Positions 62,906 through 64,000 of a stretch of DNA of 64,000 nucleotides are shown here, piece by piece. How positions within the stretch are numbered: position 1 is the first letter of the stretch; each line of letters starts with the position of its first letter. Source of the DNA: Catajapyx aquilonaris. Lineage: Eukaryota. The stretch spans positions 1 through 64,000 of the forward strand of contig KZ538226.1 in NCBI GenBank assembly GCA_000934665.2, written 5' to 3'. Position numbers and translations under genes: made by a program. The notes under the pieces are model-generated. The model did not search any database, had not been told where the DNA came from, and saw nothing but the letters and a program-made list of their open reading frames with translations.

Positions 62906-64000
62906 CTGCCAAGAGAAAGAAAGCTCATTTGGTGCCGGACTAGACTTCCTTTGTGGCCTCTATGGACAGCCCCCCTCTTTCTCATCCAAGGCTCCTTTTT
63001 CTCTACAAACGGTCAGTTCAAGACGATGGAGGACAGAAAAAAAGGAAGAAATGGTTGTGGGGGAGAGGTCAGATAAATGGATTTTCCCTCCTTCCTTTTT
63101 CAGAGACTGGACATGTGGGAGAGATTTTCAGGAGAGCCTTGAGCAGAAAGCAATTGGAGGACTTGAGCACAGATTGTGGCCTTAAGCCACATGTTGGTTC
63201 AATTGAAGACACTTGACAGATTTTTGAAATTGGTTGTGAAACCAGCAGGATATTCCCAACTCTACACTTTAGTGTCGTAAATAAAAGTGACATTTTTGGA
63301 GGCACTACTGTACCTTCCCTGTAAGTTGTCCGTTTGTATATAATCCGGGATCGTAGCGGTACCAGTATAATTTTGGCACAATTCAGAGCACTCCGGTGAA
63401 AATTCGCCGGGTCTAGTTTGCAGCTCAAAAATTTCAACCGGAGTGCATAATTTCCCCCGAAACCGAAGTTTCGCAAACATTGCCCCGCATTCCCTTGAGA
63501 GCCCGATAAACTGCTGCGAACAGAACTACATTAGCGCCCTTTCCATGGAAATATTGGGAGTAACTGAATCACTGCCGAAATCAAACCCTCAGGTGCATTT
63601 TTTTTGCAGGGTGGACCGCAAAAGTGGCCAAATTGTCATTCTACGCCTAGACCGCAATCCAAAGCAGAGTACAGAACATTTGCAATAGTACCGGTCCATG
63701 TTACGGACTGAAAAGCCCTCTTCTTGCAGTGATACGCAGTTGTTAAAATGGCTCTTGGCTCCCCTTTGTAGGAGAACTCGAAACCTCAAACCACCAAGTG
63801 TACATGGTGTTTGTTTTAATGCAATGTAAATTGCCCCTAGTTACAATGCAAAAGGCGTACGTACAGCGGTGAGGTACAACGCCTTTGCCATTTAAGTTGG
63901 CTAAAATATGGAGGCCCTCTGGCGGGCATGCTCACAAAAATTATAAATTTTTAATTAACACTTCCTTTTGAAAATGCTTTAGAAGACAACGTGAAAGTTT

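Noticed and set aside
1..64000. CRISPR arrays, tRNA/rRNA genes, prokaryotic operons or horizontally acquired genes
   Set aside because: No repeat-spacer array or recognisable structural RNA was seen. All identified genes are typical arthropod genes, and intronless structure is normal for divergent IRs.

Overview
Eukaryotic genomic DNA from an arthropod, judged by short 55-130 nt introns, arthropod chemoreceptor families and a Dpr gene. No prokaryotic features, CRISPR arrays or RNA genes are supported. The first ~15 kb is a fast-evolving chemosensory block. It holds the frameshifted last exons of a gustatory receptor, a decayed LINE end, three intronless divergent ionotropic receptors (IRs), a secreted C-type lectin gene with a truncated paralogue, and several MITEs. 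Two of the IRs come from an exact head-to-tail 2.77 kb duplication, and the trio shows signs of gene conversion. The 16-23.4 kb region is a compact block of two head-to-head pairs: a small RING-H2 gene with an ankyrin/split-SOCS-box gene, and AIMP2 (probable GC-AG intron) with mitochondrial ABCB8. The remainder (30.4-62.9 kb, minus strand) is the 3' part of a dpr12-like two-Ig-domain gene with 3-20 kb introns, hairpin MITEs and a candidate alternative last exon. I cannot demonstrate a wholly new system. The best leads are the divergent IR trio with its lectin-IR cassette history, the split-SOCS ankyrin gene paired with a RING gene, and a possible secreted Dpr isoform. All gene models were read by hand, without database searches.
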